From positions 1-25,700 of the IMG/VR virus record IMGVR_UViG_3300020042_005716: 25,700 nucleotides of DNA. One strand, written 5' to 3'. The first letter of the stretch is position 1, and each line of letters opens with the position of its first letter. The notes under the pieces are model-generated. The model ran no database searches, was not told where the DNA came from, and was given only the letters and a program-made list of their open reading frames with translations. Both the position numbers and the translations under genes were made by a program. This document shows, piece after piece, positions 1-8,688 of this stretch. The stretch is from a virus (Duplodnaviria; Caudoviricetes).

Positions 1-2
1 TG

Positions 3-1253
3 ATTGCTTTTGCGCCGACGTATCCGCCGGTTGCTCGTGTTTTGTTTTGTGTGTTGAAGGATAATCATAAGGCTGCGGCTGTTCGTGGGTTTGCTTTGCC
101 TGGGCACATTAATCAGTCTGAGGAGTGGAAGCTGGATGATGAGTATGGGACGTTGGTGGGTTTTGGTCGTAGGCCGGCTGATACTGACATTGTTTCTGCG
201 TTCCAAGGTATTCACCGCCGTTATGTGATGGTGGTATTGGATGAGGCTGGTGGTATTCCTACTGATTTGTATACTGCGGCTGAGGCTGTTACGACTACTG
301 CTGACTCGCGGGTGTTGGCTATTGGTAACCCGGACCGTCGCGGTACGGAGTTTCACAGGATTTTCCGTGAGGATGATACTTGGAATAAAATAAAAATTTC
401 TGCGTTTGATACACCGAATTTTACGGGTGAGAAGGTGCCGGAAAACCTTCTACCTTTGTTGATTCAGCCGACTTGGGTGGATCGCCAAAAAATTGCGTGG
501 GGTGAGGATTCTGCACGTTACCGTTCAAAAATTTTGGCTGAGTTCCCGGAAGAGGATGATACTACGTTCTTTAGTCAGCAGGCTATTGATAAGGCTGTTG
601 ATACTGAGTTTGTTGAGGACATGAACGTTCCGGTTGTGTTGGGTGTTGACTTGGCGCGTTTCGGTGATGACGATTCTGTGATTTACACGAACAGGGGTGG
701 CCTTCTTCGTCATTATGCTACATGGAATAAGGCTAACGCGGTTGAGTCTGCGAACCGTGTGCATGAGGCTGCTGTGGCTTTGGGTGCGTCTGAGGTTCGT
801 GTGGATGCTACTGGTTTGGGTGCGCCGGTGGTGGACATGTTGGCTACCATGTGTGAGGGCAAGTATGTTGTGATTTCTATTATTGGTTCGGCTGCCAGCC
901 CTGACAATACTCGTTGGTTGAATGCTCGTGCTGCTGGTTACGACAATTTGCGTGAGGGTATGATAACGGGCAAGATTGATTTGGACTTGGATGACAAGGA
1001 CTTGTTGGATGAGATGATGGGTATTAAGTACAAGTTTTCTGCTAAGGGTTCGATTCAGATTGAGTCTAAGGATGAGATGCGTAGCCGCGGCATGAAGTCT
1101 CCTGACCGTTTGGACTCTGCCATGTATGCGGCGTTGGATATGTCGCGTTTGTTGGGGTCTAAGTTTTTGGGTTCTCGCCCTGGTGACCGTCTTGAGGTGG
1201 ATGCGAATAGTTTGGATTCTATTTTTCCTTTCTATTCGAACTGGACGTGGTAG
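3..1253 (+). CDS. terL: Terminase large subunit (5'-truncated by the window edge)
   Basis: Frame is open from position 3 (IAFAPTY...). Walker B VVLDEAGG, motif III IGNP, RNase H-like nuclease motifs LGVDLARFGDD, VDATGLG and SPDRLD. Lies directly upstream of the portal gene. Confidence 0.95.
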   Translation: MAFAPTYPPVARVLFCVLKDNHKAAAVRGFALPGHINQSEEWKLDDEYGTLVGFGRRPADTDIVSAFQGIHRRYVMVVLDEAGGIPTDLYTAAEAVTTTADSRVLAIGNPDRRGTEFHRIFREDDTWNKIKISAFDTPNFTGEKVPENLLPLLIQPTWVDRQKIAWGEDSARYRSKILAEFPEEDDTTFFSQQAIDKAVDTEFVEDMNVPVVLGVDLARFGDDDSVIYTNRGGLLRHYATWNKANAVESANRVHEAAVALGASEVRVDATGLGAPVVDMLATMCEGKYVVISIIGSAASPDNTRWLNARAAGYDNLREGMITGKIDLDLDDKDLLDEMMGIKYKFSAKGSIQIESKDEMRSRGMKSPDRLDSAMYAALDMSRLLGSKFLGSRPGDRLEVDANSLDSIFPFYSNWTW

Positions 1254-1256
1254 AAT
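1248..1256 (+). promoter_or_regulatory. Putative extended -10 promoter (TGgTAGAAT) for portal
   Basis: TGn-TAGAAT overlapping the terL stop codon. The same motif type recurs at other gene junctions. Confidence 0.5.
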
Positions 1257-1289
1257 GTTATTAGACATTTTAACGATTTGGAGAATATT

Positions 1290-2693
1290 TTGACTAATTC
1301 AGACTTTTTTGACGAGTCTTACAGCCAGTTGAGTAACGCTTTGTTGGCGTTGGATGATCAGGGCTGGTCTGCTCTTGGTTTCCTTAACACTGAGTTGGAT
1401 GCGTTTAGCTTGGAAGCTTTGCACGATATTGCTAAGGAGTTGACTGAGAAGGTTGATGGGAACCCGTTGTTGAAGCGTGGCTTGGGTTTGCGCACCAGTT
1501 ACGTGTTCGGTAAGGGTGTAGAGTTTGAGGGTATTTCTGCAAGAGTGCAGGATTTGATTGATTCTCCACAGAACCAGGCGGTTTTGTTCAGTTCGCAGGC
1601 GATGGCGATCAACGAGCACTCACACTTCACTGCGGGGCAGTTCTTCATTTTGGGTGAAGTTGGTTCGAAGCGTTTGCAACGCATCCCTTTTAATGAGATT
1701 AATGGTTGGGTTACGGACCCTGACGACGCCGAGTTTGTGCGTTACTACCGCCGCACTTGGACGCGTTACAGTGAGGATGGTGTGGGTTCGGGTCAGATTG
1801 TTTCGGCTTGGTATCCTTCAGATTTGTACACCCCGGTTGGTCCGCATGCTCGCACCATTCAGGGTATTCCTGTTGACCCTTCGAAGGTGATGTTTTCGTC
1901 AGCTGTTAACAAGAGGGCTGGCACTGTTTGGGGTGTCCCTGATGCTGTTTCGGCGTATCCTTGGGCGTATGCTTACAACGAGTATTTGAAGGATGGTTCG
2001 CGTATCCTAAAGTCGTTGGCAATGTTTGCTTGGCAGTTGAAGGCTAAGTCTAAGACTGGTGCGCAGGCTGCTGCTGCTTCTATTGCTGTGCCGCAGGCTG
2101 CTGGTTCGATGGCTATCACGGGTGCTGACATGGAGTTGTCTTCGTTGCCGCGTTCGGGTTCGATTAATTTGAATGATGGTCGCGCGTTGGCTGCAATGGT
2201 TGCTTCGTCTCTTGAGGTGTCTGTTGTTACTTTGATGTCTGACCCTGGAACTTCTGGCGCTTATGGTACTGCACAAACTTTGGATGTGCCAACCATTAAG
2301 GCTATGCAGGCTCGTCAAAAAATTTGGGAGCAACTGTTTGAGCGTGTGATGCGTTTCTTTGGTGCTGGCAAGAACGCTGCTGTTAAGTGGCCGAAGATGG
2401 AGCAGGAAGCAACTTACCGTCAGATTCAGGCGATCTCTTTGGCTTATGAGGCTGGCGCTTTGTGGGAGGACGAGTACCGTTCCGCGGTGTTGGACGAGTT
2501 GGATGTTGTGCCTATGCACAGCAGCATTTCTCCTTTGGCTTCTCAGAAACAGGGCGCCGCGATGGGTGACACTGCAACACCTGCTTCTAGGCCTGCTCGT
2601 GCTTCTTCTGGCCAGGGCCAGTCGGGTGCTGTTGGTAGCATGTCGAACAGTGACAATTCTTTGCGCGACATGGATGGCAATCCTACTGCGTAA
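1290..2693 (+). CDS. Portal protein
   Basis: About 467 aa, located after terL. NPLLKRGLGLRTSYVFGKG N-terminal motif, WGVPD, helical core and low-complexity C-terminal tail. TTG 1290 preferred (GGAG at 1280-1283); alternative TTG at 1278. Confidence 0.9.
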   Translation: MTNSDFFDESYSQLSNALLALDDQGWSALGFLNTELDAFSLEALHDIAKELTEKVDGNPLLKRGLGLRTSYVFGKGVEFEGISARVQDLIDSPQNQAVLFSSQAMAINEHSHFTAGQFFILGEVGSKRLQRIPFNEINGWVTDPDDAEFVRYYRRTWTRYSEDGVGSGQIVSAWYPSDLYTPVGPHARTIQGIPVDPSKVMFSSAVNKRAGTVWGVPDAVSAYPWAYAYNEYLKDGSRILKSLAMFAWQLKAKSKTGAQAAAASIAVPQAAGSMAITGADMELSSLPRSGSINLNDGRALAAMVASSLEVSVVTLMSDPGTSGAYGTAQTLDVPTIKAMQARQKIWEQLFERVMRFFGAGKNAAVKWPKMEQEATYRQIQAISLAYEAGALWEDEYRSAVLDELDVVPMHSSISPLASQKQGAAMGDTATPASRPARASSGQGQSGAVGSMSNSDNSLRDMDGNPTA

Positions 2694-2702
2694 AAAAAAG
2701 TA

Positions 2703-2711
2703 TGATATCAT
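2703..2711 (+). promoter_or_regulatory. Putative extended -10 promoter (TGaTATCAT) for head genes
   Basis: AT-rich intergenic gap after portal, followed by a GGAG RBS and ATG 2748. Confidence 0.5.
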
Positions 2712-2747
2712 TACATGTAGTGAACTATTAAACAAAACGGAGTTTTT

Positions 2748-3704
2748 ATGACTGTAACACTTAGCGAATCAGTTGGCTTTAGTGCTACTTCGTCTGGTAC
2801 GAAGTGGAGTGTCAAGATTATCGAATCTGGTTGGGGCTCTTCAGGTTACTACTCTGAGTCTGTTTTGCAGAATGATGGTCCAACAGTTTTTAAGGCTGGC
2901 ACAAAAGTTTTTATGAACCACCCGGACGTTAACGAACGTCCTGAGCGTGATGTGCAAAAACTTGCTGGTAAGCTTATCAGCGACGCTGTTTTCAGCGAGG
3001 GCGCACTTTTTGCTGATATTGAATTTTACTCCAACTATGCTCCTATTATTAAGGAGATGGCTGGGGATGTAGGTTTGTCTATCCACGCTTTTGGCAATGC
3101 CAAACTTGGTGAGGCAGAAGGCCGTCAGGGCCCAATCGTCGAGTCGTTAATTGAAGACCCTTTGACTAGCGTCGACGTTGTCACAGTAGCTGGCGCTGGA
3201 GGTAAGTTTTTGAGCCTCCTTGAAAGTTACACAAGAGAATCGCTAACAGAAGTTAGCGAGTCACTAACGGAAGGAAATGGTATGTCCATTACTAAGGAAG
3301 AGTTTGAGACAGCTGTTGCTGAACTCAAGGCTGCCTTCGTTGAGGCACTATCGCCAATTGTCGAGTCAGTCTCGGTTTTGGTAGAGTCCGCTAAGCCTGT
3401 TGAGATCGAAGAGGGTACGGAAGAAGTTCCTACTCTTGACGCTGTCGACATTGCGGAGAAGTTCAACGAGTCCGGTCTACCTAAGATTGCCCTCCAGCGT
3501 GTAGCTGAGGCACTCAAGTCGGAGACCACTGTCAAGACTATTGACGAGCTAATCGAGGATGAGAAGGCTTACGCCGTTTCGCTTCGCGAAGCAATCACCC
3601 CTGCTGCTGAGACTGTTGGCGTTGTCCACGAGTCGGCCGCTAAGTCCACAAGTACCCTGAGTGAAGACTTCAACACTGTTGTCTCACGCATCATGGGTAA
3701 GTAA
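2748..3704 (+). CDS. Capsid maturation (prohead) protease with C-terminal scaffold-like region
   Basis: IIESGWGSSGYY, FMNHP (candidate catalytic His), GLSI (candidate catalytic Ser) and SVDVVTVAGAGG motifs, then an acidic helical C-terminal half. Position between portal and capsid genes. Confidence 0.8.
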   Translation: MTVTLSESVGFSATSSGTKWSVKIIESGWGSSGYYSESVLQNDGPTVFKAGTKVFMNHPDVNERPERDVQKLAGKLISDAVFSEGALFADIEFYSNYAPIIKEMAGDVGLSIHAFGNAKLGEAEGRQGPIVESLIEDPLTSVDVVTVAGAGGKFLSLLESYTRESLTEVSESLTEGNGMSITKEEFETAVAELKAAFVEALSPIVESVSVLVESAKPVEIEEGTEEVPTLDAVDIAEKFNESGLPKIALQRVAEALKSETTVKTIDELIEDEKAYAVSLREAITPAAETVGVVHESAAKSTSTLSEDFNTVVSRIMGK

Positions 3705-3716
3705 GAAAGGTAAATC

Positions 3717-4061
3717 ATGGCTCTAAATGAAATTTACAAAGACGGCAACGAGCTTGTCTTGCCTGTAGCCAGCACCGTTAACTCGGGTGACTTGGTTCAG
3801 GTCGGTCAGATTATTGGTGTCGCACAAAACGACGCAGTTCAGGGTGAGGATGGCAACTGGTATGCTACTCTCAAGATGAACGGCGTCTTCAAGCTGACCA
3901 CTTCTGTAGCAGTTACAGTTGGTCAGGCAGTTTACGTTACTTCTGGCGGCGTCATCAACGTCACCGCTACGAGCAACAAGTTCATCGGTCACGCAATTCA
4001 GGCGAAGGCTGGCACATCTGCTGGCAGTGTTTATGTTCGCCTAGTTCCAGCGGCTGCGTAA
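3717..4061 (+). CDS. Head decoration / capsid cement protein (DUF2190-like)
   Basis: 114 aa, beta-rich, with SGDLVQVG..GVA, GVFKL, GQAVY, IGHA and VYVRL patterns. Immediately upstream of the capsid gene; GAAAGG RBS. Confidence 0.8.
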   Translation: MALNEIYKDGNELVLPVASTVNSGDLVQVGQIIGVAQNDAVQGEDGNWYATLKMNGVFKLTTSVAVTVGQAVYVTSGGVINVTATSNKFIGHAIQAKAGTSAGSVYVRLVPAAA

Positions 4062-4075
4062 GGATAGGTTAAATT

Positions 4076-5176
4076 ATGGAAAACATTACTCCACGCCAAG
4101 TAGAAGCGGCTAAGCTTCTAGAAGGTGCTCTTCGTGGCGACCGTCACGACAAGCTAAAGCTTCAGGAAGGTATCTCTACGAGCGACCTCCCAGTTCAGCT
4201 TGCACCAACCATCAACAAGATCCTTCTTGAGAACTACGCAGTCCAGCCAAAGGTTTGGGACCGTTTTGCTACAAAGATGGTCATGGATGACTTCCGCCCT
4301 CAGACATTTATGGCTCTGTCATACGATGACGACGGTAAGAACAACCAGGGCGACACATTCCGTGAAGGCTCACTTCCAACTGTAGGCGAATACGACGAGT
4401 ACCCAACTGCTGGTTGGTTCGCAGTAACAGAGAAGAGTCTTTCTGTTAAGAAGTCGGGTCAGCGCGTTCGTTTCTCATGGGAAGCAATCGTAAACGACGG
4501 AAACATTTCGCTTCTTGAGCGTCTACCTATTGAGCTTGCTCAGAAGGCTGCCGGCAAGGAAGACGAAGAAGTTACCAAGCAGCTTGTTGCTACTGGTGGC
4601 CTAAACACCACCAACTTCAACAGCGGAAACCAGAACCTGTTCACAGGCAACGGTGCTCTTACTCTAGAGAACCTAGAGCTAGCAATCCAGGCAGCTAACC
4701 TACAGACCTACAACGGTCGCTTGATTAGCCCTGTAACCCGCTTTGCTTTGGTTATCCCTCGTGCGCTTGAGCTAACAGCTCGCAAGATCCTTGCAGTTCA
4801 GACTGTAGAGACTTCAGCAACTGTTGGTTCGATTGTTACAAAGACAATCACTGGAAACCCAATCGGTTCACAGGTTGAGATTGTTGTCAACGACTGGATC
4901 ATGAAGATTAACTCGGGAGCTTCGGCTTACTGGTTCCTAATCCCAGTCCCAAGCCAGAACCTAAACCCAGGTGTTGCACTTGGATTCCTTCGCGGATACG
5001 AGGCTCCTGAGCTTCGCGTTAAGGCTAACGGCGGAACCTACCTTGGTGGCGGCGCAGTTCCTGCCCGTGAAGGTGGCTTCGACAACGACGACTTCGAGAT
5101 GAGAATTCGTCACATCGCAACTGGTGGATTCCTAGTTCCTGCTGGAACTATCGCATCGACTGGCGCAGGTAGCTAA
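4076..5176 (+). CDS. Major capsid protein (HK97 fold, Mu gpT-like)
   Basis: 366 aa with STSDLP, DFRPQ, LPTVGEYDEY, FSWEAIVND, GFLRGYEAPEL and FDNDDFEMRIRH motifs. Codon usage typical of a highly expressed gene; followed by a strong terminator. Confidence 0.9.
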   Translation: MENITPRQVEAAKLLEGALRGDRHDKLKLQEGISTSDLPVQLAPTINKILLENYAVQPKVWDRFATKMVMDDFRPQTFMALSYDDDGKNNQGDTFREGSLPTVGEYDEYPTAGWFAVTEKSLSVKKSGQRVRFSWEAIVNDGNISLLERLPIELAQKAAGKEDEEVTKQLVATGGLNTTNFNSGNQNLFTGNGALTLENLELAIQAANLQTYNGRLISPVTRFALVIPRALELTARKILAVQTVETSATVGSIVTKTITGNPIGSQVEIVVNDWIMKINSGASAYWFLIPVPSQNLNPGVALGFLRGYEAPELRVKANGGTYLGGGAVPAREGGFDNDDFEMRIRHIATGGFLVPAGTIASTGAGS

Positions 5177-5189
5177 TACTTGTTCCACC

Positions 5190-5226
5190 AGAGAACCCCT
5201 CACTTCGGTGGGGGGTTTTCTTTTTG
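5190..5226 (+). terminator. Rho-independent terminator after the capsid gene
   Basis: AGAGAACCCCTCAC-TTCG-GTGGGGGGTTTTCT stem with a cUUCGg tetraloop, followed by a T-run. Confidence 0.9.
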
Positions 5227-5232
5227 TTTAGG

Positions 5233-5241
5233 TGTTATAAT
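5233..5241 (+). promoter_or_regulatory. Extended -10 promoter (TGtTATAAT) for the candidate small RNA
   Basis: Perfect TGn-TATAAT just after the capsid terminator. Predicted transcription start at about 5247-5248 coincides with the first base of a hairpin. Confidence 0.6.
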
Positions 5242-5247
5242 GATTAA

Positions 5248-5309
5248 GTCACGTTCCTCCTTCGTGGCGGCCCGCCCTGTTGAGCTTTAGTTCCGGGGCG
5301 GGCACTTTT
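5248..5309 (+). ncRNA. Candidate ~60-nt small RNA with an anti-Shine-Dalgarno loop
   Basis: Hairpin 1 is GTCACG-[TTCCTCCTT]-CGTGGC. Hairpin 2 is GCCCGCCCTG/CGGGGCGGGC plus GAGC/GTTC, followed by ACTTTT. Three G-U pairs favour the + strand. No ORF. Confidence 0.55.
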
Positions 5310-5316
5310 AGTAGGG

Positions 5317-5322
5317 TATAAT
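5317..5322 (+). promoter_or_regulatory. Putative -10 box (ggTATAAT), near-leaderless promoter for the collagen fibre gene
   Basis: TATAAT ends 9 nt before ATG 5332, with no Shine-Dalgarno in between. Confidence 0.5.
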
Positions 5323-5331
5323 GGGTTTATC

Positions 5332-7137
5332 ATGATAATTTTTCCAGACAATAATTTACCGGATCAGTCGCAGGATTGGGCTGATACTGTTGAGCGCGAA
5401 ATTAAGCGTATTGATAGGCGCGTTGTTGTTGTTGGTGGTGGCGGTGACTCTTCTTCCGGTGGCGGCACGGTTGGTCCAACGGGGCCGCAGGGGCCGCAGG
5501 GTGACCCTGGCGCGACGGGTCCACAAGGAATCCAGGGTGAGCCTGGTTTGGACGGCGAGGATGGCGCACAAGGGCTGCAGGGTGACCCTGGGCCGCAGGG
5601 TGAGCAGGGCATTCAAGGTGTTAAGGGTGATACTGGACTAACTGGCGCTAAAGGTGATACTGGTTTAACTGGCGCTAAGGGCGACCAGGGTATTCAAGGT
5701 ATTCAGGGTATTCAAGGAATCCAGGGGGAAACTGGCCCTAAGGGTGATACTGGAGATCAGGGAATTCAGGGGGCTACTGGCGCAAAGGGAGATACTGGCG
5801 ACCAGGGTATTCAAGGAATTCAAGGCATTCAGGGCCTTAAGGGTGACAAGGGTGATACTGGTAATACGGGTGCGCAAGGCGCTAACGGTTTTTCTGCGTA
5901 CCAGGTGGCGCAGCTTGAAGGTTTTACTGGCACCGAGGCCGAATGGCTTGCTAGCCTTGTTGGCGATACTGGCGCAACTGGAGCCACTGGTGCAACAGGT
6001 GCAACAGGTGCTACGGGCGCAAAAGGAGACCAAGGCATCCAAGGAATTCAAGGTATTCAGGGAGTTAAGGGTGACACTGGTTTAACTGGTGCAACTGGCC
6101 CTGCTGGCCCTGGTGTGGCTGCTGGCGGAACCGCTGGTCAGGTTCTGGCCAAGGTTGATGGCACAGATTACAACACATACTGGACTAGCACCTTGCCTTC
6201 GGCTGGTTACACTTCTGTGCTAAAGCATGAAGTAAAGCTTGGTGAAGCAATTGCTAAGGGGCAAGCAGTTTACATTTCGTCTTCTGATGGCACGAACATG
6301 ATTGCAAGCAAAGCGTCTAACGCAACTGAGGGAACATCGTCGAAGACGATGGGTTTGCTTGAAACTGGTGGAGCACTAAACGCTAAGGTCAATGTTATTA
6401 CTGAAGGTTTGCTCGCTGGGCTAAACACTGATGGTGCAACTGCTGGAGATCCTGTGTGGCTTGGGACTTCTGGAAATCTAATTTACGGATTAGTTAATAA
6501 GCCTGTTGCTCCAGCTCATCTTGTCTTTATCGGTGTCGTCACCCGCGTCAACGCCAACAATGGTGAGATCTTTGTCAAGCCACAGAATGGTTTTGAGTTG
6601 CGCGAGATTCACGACGTGCTGCTTGACACCAATGGGTCTATTGCTGATAACGAAGTTTTAGCTTACGACTCGACATCTGGCCTTTGGAAGAACCAAACTG
6701 CTGCAGAAACTAATCTTGTGCTTACTTCTGACTCGCGCCTGACCAACTCCCGAACACCAACCGCTCACGCGGCGTCTCACACTACCAGCGGCGGCGATAC
6801 TCTCACTTTGGCGCAATCACAAATCTCTGGGTTACCAGACGCTTTAACAGCTCGCCCAGTTCCAGGCTCGGCGGGCATTCCGTTCCTAATGGCCGCAAGC
6901 AGTATTCCAGCATTTACTGGCAACGCATCAGTAACTTTTCCGGTTGGTCGCTTTACTTTTGCCCCAGTAGTCACAGTGACAATGGCATCAACAACCTCAG
7001 TTACTTCAGCAACTGTTGCTAGCGTTTCAACGAGCGGATTTACTATTTATGCGTGGGCCGGGGCTTCAGCAGGAGCAGTGTCTCGCGCAGGATACTATCA
7101 AGCAGTTCAAATGACATCAAGTTCAGGAAACGGATAA
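5332..7137 (+). CDS. Collagen triple-helix-containing fibre protein
   Basis: Long Gly-X-Y tract interrupted by [26 protein letters not shown], a motif common in phage collagen fibres. Then a beta domain, a His-containing [17 protein letters not shown] fibre motif, and a C-terminal [17 protein letters not shown]...SGFTI lectin-like domain. Confidence 0.85.
   Translation: MIIFPDNNLPDQSQDWADTVEREIKRIDRRVVVVGGGGDSSSGGGTVGPTGPQGPQGDPGATGPQGIQGEPGLDGEDGAQGLQGDPGPQGEQGIQGVKGDTGLTGAKGDTGLTGAKGDQGIQGIQGIQGIQGETGPKGDTGDQGIQGATGAKGDTGDQGIQGIQGIQGLKGDKGDTGNTGAQGANGFSAYQVAQLEGFTGTEAEWLASLVGDTGATGATGATGATGATGAKGDQGIQGIQGIQGVKGDTGLTGATGPAGPGVAAGGTAGQVLAKVDGTDYNTYWTSTLPSAGYTSVLKHEVKLGEAIAKGQAVYISSSDGTNMIASKASNATEGTSSKTMGLLETGGALNAKVNVITEGLLAGLNTDGATAGDPVWLGTSGNLIYGLVNKPVAPAHLVFIGVVTRVNANNGEIFVKPQNGFELREIHDVLLDTNGSIADNEVLAYDSTSGLWKNQTAAETNLVLTSDSRLTNSRTPTAHAASHTTSGGDTLTLAQSQISGLPDALTARPVPGSAGIPFLMAASSIPAFTGNASVTFPVGRFTFAPVVTVTMASTTSVTSATVASVSTSGFTIYAWAGASAGAVSRAGYYQAVQMTSSSGNG
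5473..6114 (+). repeat. Gly-X-Y collagen repeat tract with reiterated 9-nt units
   Basis: Repeated GIQ, GAT and KGDTG units (e.g. ggtattcaaggtattcagggtattcaa), with one non-collagen interruption at about 5890-5960. Confidence 0.9.
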
Positions 7138-7265
7138 TGATAATTAAACTAACATGCCACACCCCAAACTGTGAAAACGCAGAAATCCCAATCCCGTTTG
7201 AAGACCCAGCAGATATGTGTATTTGTGGGGTTTGCGGCCAAGAAATAATTGATAAGGTAGAATAG
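7137..7265 (+). CDS. Small Cys-rich (Zn-ribbon-like) protein, 42 aa, coupled to the fibre gene
   Basis: ATG overlaps the fibre stop (TAATG). [14 protein letters not shown]...CICGVCGQEI gives Cx4C and CxxC. Start differs from the ORF track (7053). Confidence 0.7.
   Translation: MIIKLTCHTPNCENAEIPIPFEDPADMCICGVCGQEIIDKVE
7258..7263 (+). promoter_or_regulatory. Leaderless-type promoter -10 (ggTAGAAT)
   Basis: TAGAAT ends 6 nt before ATG 7270, the usual geometry of leaderless transcripts. Confidence 0.5.
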
Positions 7266-7269
7266 TATT

Positions 7270-7671
7270 ATGCCAGACATAACTCCAGCAAACTTTGCCA
7301 CAGCACTAGGTCAAGTTCGCGCACTCATCCCAGACATTGAGCAGCTAGAAGATCAAACCGATCCGACAGCGACACCTCAATACATTTTCTCTGACGCTGT
7401 GCTAAACGCATACCTTGCGATTTACAGCAACAACATTAAGAGAGCAGCTGCACAAGCCAAGCTTGTGCTTGCAACATCTGAAGCGCTCATCAGCAAAGTT
7501 ATTAAAACATACGACTTTTCAACTGATGGCGCGAAACTTGGTGCGGAGCTTCGCGCACAAGCAAAGATGCTTCAAGACGAAGCTGACAAAGATGACATGG
7601 TTGACAACTACGAAACGTTTATCGTTTTGCCGTTGACCAGGAAGCCAAGGGTTGGTGACGATTGGGCCTAA
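7270..7671 (+). CDS. Head-to-tail adaptor (head-tail connector)
   Basis: 133 aa, helical, with GQVRALIPD, IFSD and STDGAKLGAELRAQA motifs. First of the connector genes. Confidence 0.75.
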   Translation: MPDITPANFATALGQVRALIPDIEQLEDQTDPTATPQYIFSDAVLNAYLAIYSNNIKRAAAQAKLVLATSEALISKVIKTYDFSTDGAKLGAELRAQAKMLQDEADKDDMVDNYETFIVLPLTRKPRVGDDWA

Positions 7672-8135
7672 ACACGCGCAAGTCGCTGCACCCAAAATGG
7701 ACATCCCATCACGCAAGTGTTGAGGATGGATTTGCGCTAGCCTACATCGAGATCATTCAACCAAACGCTTCAGCTAAACAATACAACGCGGTAACAAACA
7801 CTTGGACTGAAGACATCAACACAATTTTTAAAGGTTGGGCGCGTATCCAACCAAACCGCCCATTCACAACATCTGAAGGTTCGATGGACATTGTGCCATC
7901 ATCTTCTAAAGAAGTTGCAATGTTCTTCAACCTTAAGAAGAACGAGGCGACAGGTTATGTGAACGTTGAAGTTGACATTCGCCCAGGTTACGAAGTTATT
8001 GTTACTGAAGCACCAGTTGATGAGAACATGAAAAACTTTAAGTATGTTGTAAAGTCTGTGATTAACAGTTCAAACACTTGGTCGCGTGGCATCACCTGTG
8101 AGATCAATCAAGAAATGAATCCCAACAATGGCTAA
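7662..8135 (+). CDS. Head-to-tail stopper / head closure protein
   Basis: 157 aa, beta-rich, with YNAVTNTW, FKGWARIQP and IRPGYEVIVT patterns. Second connector gene by synteny. Confidence 0.65.
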   Translation: MGLNTRKSLHPKWTSHHASVEDGFALAYIEIIQPNASAKQYNAVTNTWTEDINTIFKGWARIQPNRPFTTSEGSMDIVPSSSKEVAMFFNLKKNEATGYVNVEVDIRPGYEVIVTEAPVDENMKNFKYVVKSVINSSNTWSRGITCEINQEMNPNNG

Positions 8136-8688
8136 AAACAATGTTGAGCTGATGAAGGCTTTTGCTGCGGAAGAGGAAAAGATTCGCCGCATGGTTGGTC
8201 GCGCTTCACGTATTGGTGCAATTAAGATGCGTGAGAAAATTCTTACCGGTTCACCCACGGGCAGCAAATGGCATGCACGAATCAACCGTGAACGTAAAAA
8301 GACTGGCGCTTATGCTGGTCAGCGTGGTTACGGTGCGCGTATTGAGACCGGTAAGATGCTGGAATCAGTGCGTTTCAGCAGGCCAGTCTGGGATCCAAAA
8401 ACAAAAACTTTCTCAGCAACGTTCGGCTTCCCATACTCGCCAAGCGGGTTCGGCGGAATCAGAAACAGCAGAGCATCCGCAAAATACAAGTCCCGCCTCG
8501 AAGGCATGAAGGACCCAAAGTTTCAACCCTGGGGCACAGACAAAAACTACATGGCAATGCAAGAATACGGGTCACAAATGCCAGGCAGCAACGTTCGTGT
8601 CGGAATGCATGCGGGAGAGTACGGAATGCTTTACGCCAAAAAACAACTACTTGAAGAACTAAGCAAATATTACAAGAAGGGTAAATAA
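8128..8688 (+). CDS. Neck / tail completion protein (HK97 gp10-like)
   Basis: Basic 186-aa protein with RIETGKMLESV and YMAMQEYG motifs. Third connector gene by synteny. Confidence 0.7.
   Translation: MAKNNVELMKAFAAEEEKIRRMVGRASRIGAIKMREKILTGSPTGSKWHARINRERKKTGAYAGQRGYGARIETGKMLESVRFSRPVWDPKTKTFSATFGFPYSPSGFGGIRNSRASAKYKSRLEGMKDPKFQPWGTDKNYMAMQEYGSQMPGSNVRVGMHAGEYGMLYAKKQLLEELSKYYKKGK

Noticed and set aside
3-60. APTYPP in terL where APTxxQ is usual
   Set aside because: It lies at the extreme window edge and could be a sequence-quality artefact or natural variation. Not interpretable here.
5243-5262. Minus-strand AAGGAGG followed by GTG, a possible RBS and start
   Set aside because: Spacing is only 3 nt and the frame stops after two codons (GTG ACT TAA). 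The promoter, U-tract and G-U pairs favour a + strand RNA.
5473-6114. Short tandem nucleotide repeats as a possible CRISPR array or diversity-generating element
   Set aside because: They are in-frame Gly-X-Y coding repeats with no constant repeat and unique spacer structure.
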